Shown piece after piece: positions 60,821 to 64,000 of a stretch of 64,000 nucleotides of DNA. A model generated the notes under the pieces. That model had not been told where the DNA came from. It saw only the letters and a program-made list of their open reading frames with translations, and did not search any database. The position numbers and the translations under genes were made by a program. Origin of the DNA: an uncultured Marinicella sp. (GTDB lineage Bacteria; Pseudomonadota; Gammaproteobacteria; Xanthomonadales; Marinicellaceae); the NCBI GenBank assembly GCA_947502595.1, contig CANNAM010000008.1, positions 37,473-101,472 of the forward strand, in the 5' to 3' direction. How positions within the stretch are numbered: position 1 is the first letter of the stretch; each line of letters starts with the position of its first letter.

Positions 60821-61096
60821 TTATAGACTTTCTGTTGTATGCCTTTCCATTAACTGGATTAAAAGCTGGGTACGTGCTGATATTTGCTGATCAATCGTTG
60901 TTTTGTTTTGCGCCATTGCTTCAATTTCACTGCACAAGTCAGCAACTTCATTGAAGCCATAACTGCCACTGGAACCAGCCAACTGGTGCACCTGAACAGT
61001 CAGCGCTTGAAAATTGTTGGTTTCAAGCGCCGCATTCAACTGCTGTACTTTGTCTTTAAAAGAGCCTATAAACTGGTTTTTTAACTGTTCAAACAA
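60821..61096 (-). CDS. Stand-alone histidine phosphotransfer (Hpt) protein
   Basis: 91 aa with VHQLAGSSGSYGF (HxLxGSSGxxG Hpt signature). Confidence 0.8.
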   Translation of the reverse strand: MFEQLKNQFIGSFKDKVQQLNAALETNNFQALTVQVHQLAGSSGSYGFNEVADLCSEIEAMAQNKTTIDQQISARTQLLIQLMERHTTESL

Positions 61097-61123
61097 ACTT
61101 TAAGTTCCTTTTAATTGCGCAGC

Positions 61124-63424
61124 CTAATCGACTATATTAATTGTCACTTTGGCGGTAGATTGTAGGTAGCCGTCAGTGATGGTGTAAGTAAATGTATCTA
61201 TACCACACCAAAACGCAGGTGGTACGTAAGTAACCGTGCCATCGGCATTGATGTCGATGACCGTGCCACGAGATCCTTCGGTGTTGACTGAAAGCAAGGT
61301 GATGGTGTCGCCATCAGGGTCACTGTCATTGGTCAACAAATTGATGGTTTTTGATTGATTCATCATAGTAGTGTATGCATCATCAACTGCCACCGGCGCA
61401 TCATTTTGAGGATTTACACTGATGTATATATTGGCTGAACTGGTGCCGCCATCTGCATCTTGAATGGTGTATGTAACCGTTGCTGTGCCAATAAAATCAG
61501 TGGCAGGAACGAACTCAATATGTCCATCTGCGCTGTAGCTCCAACTGATGTTTGCAGCACCACTGCTGGCTTCAACACCAACCAAAGTCAATGCGTCATC
61601 ATCAGCATCGGGATCGCTGTCATTGGCCAAAGCATTCAAACTCACAGGGGTATTTACTGCGGTGCTTACGTTGTCATCAACTGCTGATGGAGCAATGTTA
61701 TTGACTGTGATGGTGACATTGGCAGTGTCACTGCCACCTGCGCCGTCAGTGATGGTGTAGGTGAATGTGTCGGTGCCTATGAAGCCTGAATTTGGAATAT
61801 AGGTAACAACATCACCGTTATTCACTACAGTGCCATTACTGGCTTGGGTGATTGAGTCTATGCTGATCACATCACCTTCATCTGCATCCGAGTCATTTTC
61901 CAGGACATTGATGACCACACCCGATGAATTGCGATTGATGCTCAGTTGGTCATCATTGGCAACTGGGTCGGCGTTCAAGAAAATAATTTCACCTAAAGTG
62001 GTGTTGGTTTCTGTTTCTTGGTACTTGTACACATCAACGGTGCGTTTATGTTGTGCTGGGTTTCTTAAGGCCCGATTAATCCAAGCCGCCGGCGCATCAA
62101 CTTTGCGTTTTACCCACTTCATGGGTAAGTCTTCATCAGCGATGTCAACTTCGACATAATCTTTTTCAATGGTTAAGAACGAGATTTCTACGCGGCGATT
62201 CTTGGCTTGATCTGGTCCATCGTTGTCATAAGCTGGTTGTGATTCGCCCATGCCTTTGGTTTGGATGATGTCAGGATCTATGCCATTACTGACAAAAAAT
62301 TCTTTGGCGCTGTGGGCCCGTCTGGCTGACAAGTCTAAATTGTAACTGTCGGATGCGATGTCACAAGTGTGTCCCACGATATTGATACTGCTGGCAAGTT
62401 CGGTGTCTTTGATTTGTTCAACCAAAGTTTTCAGCTCAGCCGCTGCATCTGCTCTGATGAATGCTTTATCTAAGTCAAAGAAGGCCATGGAGGACAGGTC
62501 AACTTGATTTTGAACCAATTGACGATTTTCCAGTTTCAGTTGTTCCAAGCGGTCTTCATCCAGTACCTGGACTTCTTTATCTACCATGGTGGGCAAATGG
62601 TTCTTACCGAAATCATAACGGTACATCAGGTTGGCGCGGGTGTCGTCTTTATCTACTTCAAAATCACCCGTCTTACGAATTTGTTCAACCGACAGTGCCA
62701 AGCTGTGACCGGTGTTGCGAAAGTATTTTTCTAGATTAACACTGGCAGTTAATTGGTCTGAGTCGTAATCACCTTGTTCATAATCTAAACCGCCAGTTAA
62801 CCGCAGCAGTTGATTATCAAAGTATTTACCAACGCGTCCACCTAAACCCCAGTCATAAGGGTGTTCGTAATTTCTGATGATGGTCTCTATCGATTGAGAC
62901 TGAACATAATCTTGGCCATCCAATTGGCCAAAAATATCAGTTGTAATGGTGCTAGATACTTGGCTGGTTAATCTTGAGCCAGTGGTGGCCGAGCTTAGGT
63001 TTACGTTCCAAAATTTATCACGGGCCTCGGCACCAAAGCCGATGGTCAGTTTGCGGTCATCAAAAGTGTTTTGATCGATTGCTGCAAAGTACTTCCAAAT
63101 GCGCAAATCATCTTCATTATTAATCAAGTCACCTTGCTCTTTGGCTCCGGAAATGCGGTGGTAATCCAGCTTCAGCCCGCCCGCCCCGTCGGACAACCAA
63201 ATCTCGCCCATCCAATTGCTGTTCCAATGGCTATTGAAAGACTTTAAAAAATCACCGATTAATTCGCCGTCATTATCAATACCAATACCTAAACGGGTGT
63301 CATCCCCTGCATAAGCAAAGTTGATTTGATCTGTTGACCCTGAAACAGTCCCTTGAATTTGAGCACCGGCTGTCATGCTAGTCAATGTAGCAGCCAATAA
63401 CCATTTGAATTTGTGATTTTCCAT
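61124..63424 (-). CDS. OmpA-family protein: N-terminal beta-barrel-like domain, OmpA_C peptidoglycan-binding domain, three cadherin-like repeats
   Basis: Signal peptide from ATG 63424 (WLLAATLTSMTAGAQ). Barrel-like region ends ANLMYRYDF. OmpA_C motifs: IVGHTCDIASDSYNLDLSARRA...NRRVEISF. Then three ~95-aa repeats. Confidence 0.8.
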   Translation of the reverse strand: MENHKFKWLLAATLTSMTAGAQIQGTVSGSTDQINFAYAGDDTRLGIGIDNDGELIGDFLKSFNSHWNSNWMGEIWLSDGAGGLKLDYHRISGAKEQGDLINNEDDLRIWKYFAAIDQNTFDDRKLTIGFGAEARDKFWNVNLSSATTGSRLTSQVSSTITTDIFGQLDGQDYVQSQSIETIIRNYEHPYDWGLGGRVGKYFDNQLLRLTGGLDYEQGDYDSDQLTASVNLEKYFRNTGHSLALSVEQIRKTGDFEVDKDDTRANLMYRYDFGKNHLPTMVDKEVQVLDEDRLEQLKLENRQLVQNQVDLSSMAFFDLDKAFIRADAAAELKTLVEQIKDTELASSINIVGHTCDIASDSYNLDLSARRAHSAKEFFVSNGIDPDIIQTKGMGESQPAYDNDGPDQAKNRRVEISFLTIEKDYVEVDIADEDLPMKWVKRKVDAPAAWINRALRNPAQHKRTVDVYKYQETETNTTLGEIIFLNADPVANDDQLSINRNSSGVVINVLENDSDADEGDVISIDSITQASNGTVVNNGDVVTYIPNSGFIGTDTFTYTITDGAGGSDTANVTITVNNIAPSAVDDNVSTAVNTPVSLNALANDSDPDADDDALTLVGVEASSGAANISWSYSADGHIEFVPATDFIGTATVTYTIQDADGGTSSANIYISVNPQNDAPVAVDDAYTTMMNQSKTINLLTNDSDPDGDTITLLSVNTEGSRGTVIDINADGTVTYVPPAFWCGIDTFTYTITDGYLQSTAKVTINIVD
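61127..61972 (-). repeat. Three tandem ~91-98-aa cadherin-like / Ig-like coding repeats
   Basis: Each unit has (A/N)xAPxAxDD...NDSD(A/P)D..D...G.V......V.Y.P...F.G.DTFTYTI.D..G....A.V.I.V. Lengths counted as 91, 98 and 93 aa. Confidence 0.85.
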
Positions 63425-63509
63425 AAAGCCCTCTGTTGAGAAAATGTACATCGTTCGCATTTTAACAACGGAATATTTCAAAGTCATGGCTTATTTAGTT
63501 CATTTGAAT

Positions 63510-64000
63510 TTAAGTTTCTGGGCCTGTGGTGACTTTTGCGGCTTGCCCCAAAGGCTTAAGGGTTTTGATTAAAGTGTTTTCAATTTGGGCGGTGCTTTCA
63601 TGCGGACGAGCTATGATGGCAGCAGAGCCTTGCTCTAAGGCGACCACTTTGCCTTTAAAGCCTTCCATTTGCATGTCAAAGGCAGTACCAATGGGTGAGT
63701 TGGGCATATACAGCACAGTAATTGGCTGATTCAATTCATTCATAATCACCATTCTGGCCCCTTGTCCATTCGGTGTAGGGCACAGCTTCATGAAGTGTAC
63801 TTCACCCAGTTCACCCGCCATGGCAGTGTTGATGCTGGCAAACAGAGGCGCCAGTTCATCATGAGGAATTTCTGCATCTGACATATAAACTGTCGGTTCC
63901 ATCATCAGTGCTTGATTGATGAATTTCTCCAAATCAGAACTGGGTTTGCTGCTAAACAAGAATACACCCACGCCCAACAGCAGCAGCACTGTGGCAGCAA
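63510..64000 (-). CDS. Putative anti-sigma factor (DUF3379-like), N-terminus beyond the window
   Basis: The frame is open to the window edge. A TM helix (LLLLGVGVFLF) is followed by a ~140-aa domain with VHFMKLCPTPNGQGARMVIMNELNQPITVLYMP. Family assignment is from memory only. Confidence 0.4.
   Translation of the reverse strand, partial: AATVLLLLGVGVFLFSSKPSSDLEKFINQALMMEPTVYMSDAEIPHDELAPLFASINTAMAGELGEVHFMKLCPTPNGQGARMVIMNELNQPITVLYMPNSPIGTAFDMQMEGFKGKVVALEQGSAAIIARPHESTAQIENTLIKTLKPLGQAAKVTTGPET

Overview
The window looks like a chromosomal segment of a gammaproteobacterium. The taxonomic call is an inference from synteny: ftsB-ispD-ispF, zipA-ligA, petABC-sspAB, glmUS, and lolB-ispE-tRNA-Gln-prs-rplY-pth. 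Most of it is densely packed housekeeping genes with clear family motifs. I saw one tRNA (Gln, UUG) and no rRNA, CRISPR array, transposase, integrase or phage gene.

The less ordinary content is concentrated in three places:
1. The last ~10 kb (54.4-64 kb) holds an unbroken minus-strand array: OmpR-type regulator, sensor kinase, a 528-aa ankyrin-repeat protein, an ECF sigma factor, a single-pass membrane protein and prmC. Upstream of it lie a small exosortase-H-like (XrtH-like) protein, a stand-alone Hpt protein, and an OmpA-family protein with three C-terminal cadherin-like repeats downstream of a second putative anti-sigma gene. This is my best candidate for an uncharacterised envelope-signalling or surface-remodelling module. 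The grouping rests on gene context only.
2. Three unrelated predicted exported proteins end in the same short tail, [I/V]F-x3-FE. The putative anti-sigma protein ends in a related LFNASFG.
3. Several architectural oddities: an Opp/Dpp-like importer with no ATPase genes but a translationally coupled lipoprotein; a PlpD-like type Vd patatin; a signal-peptide-bearing SAM methyltransferase; a 746-aa POT transporter with extra transmembrane helices; and a Lon-like protease with a GxxGxGR P-loop.

All assignments come from motif recognition by eye. No database search was run.
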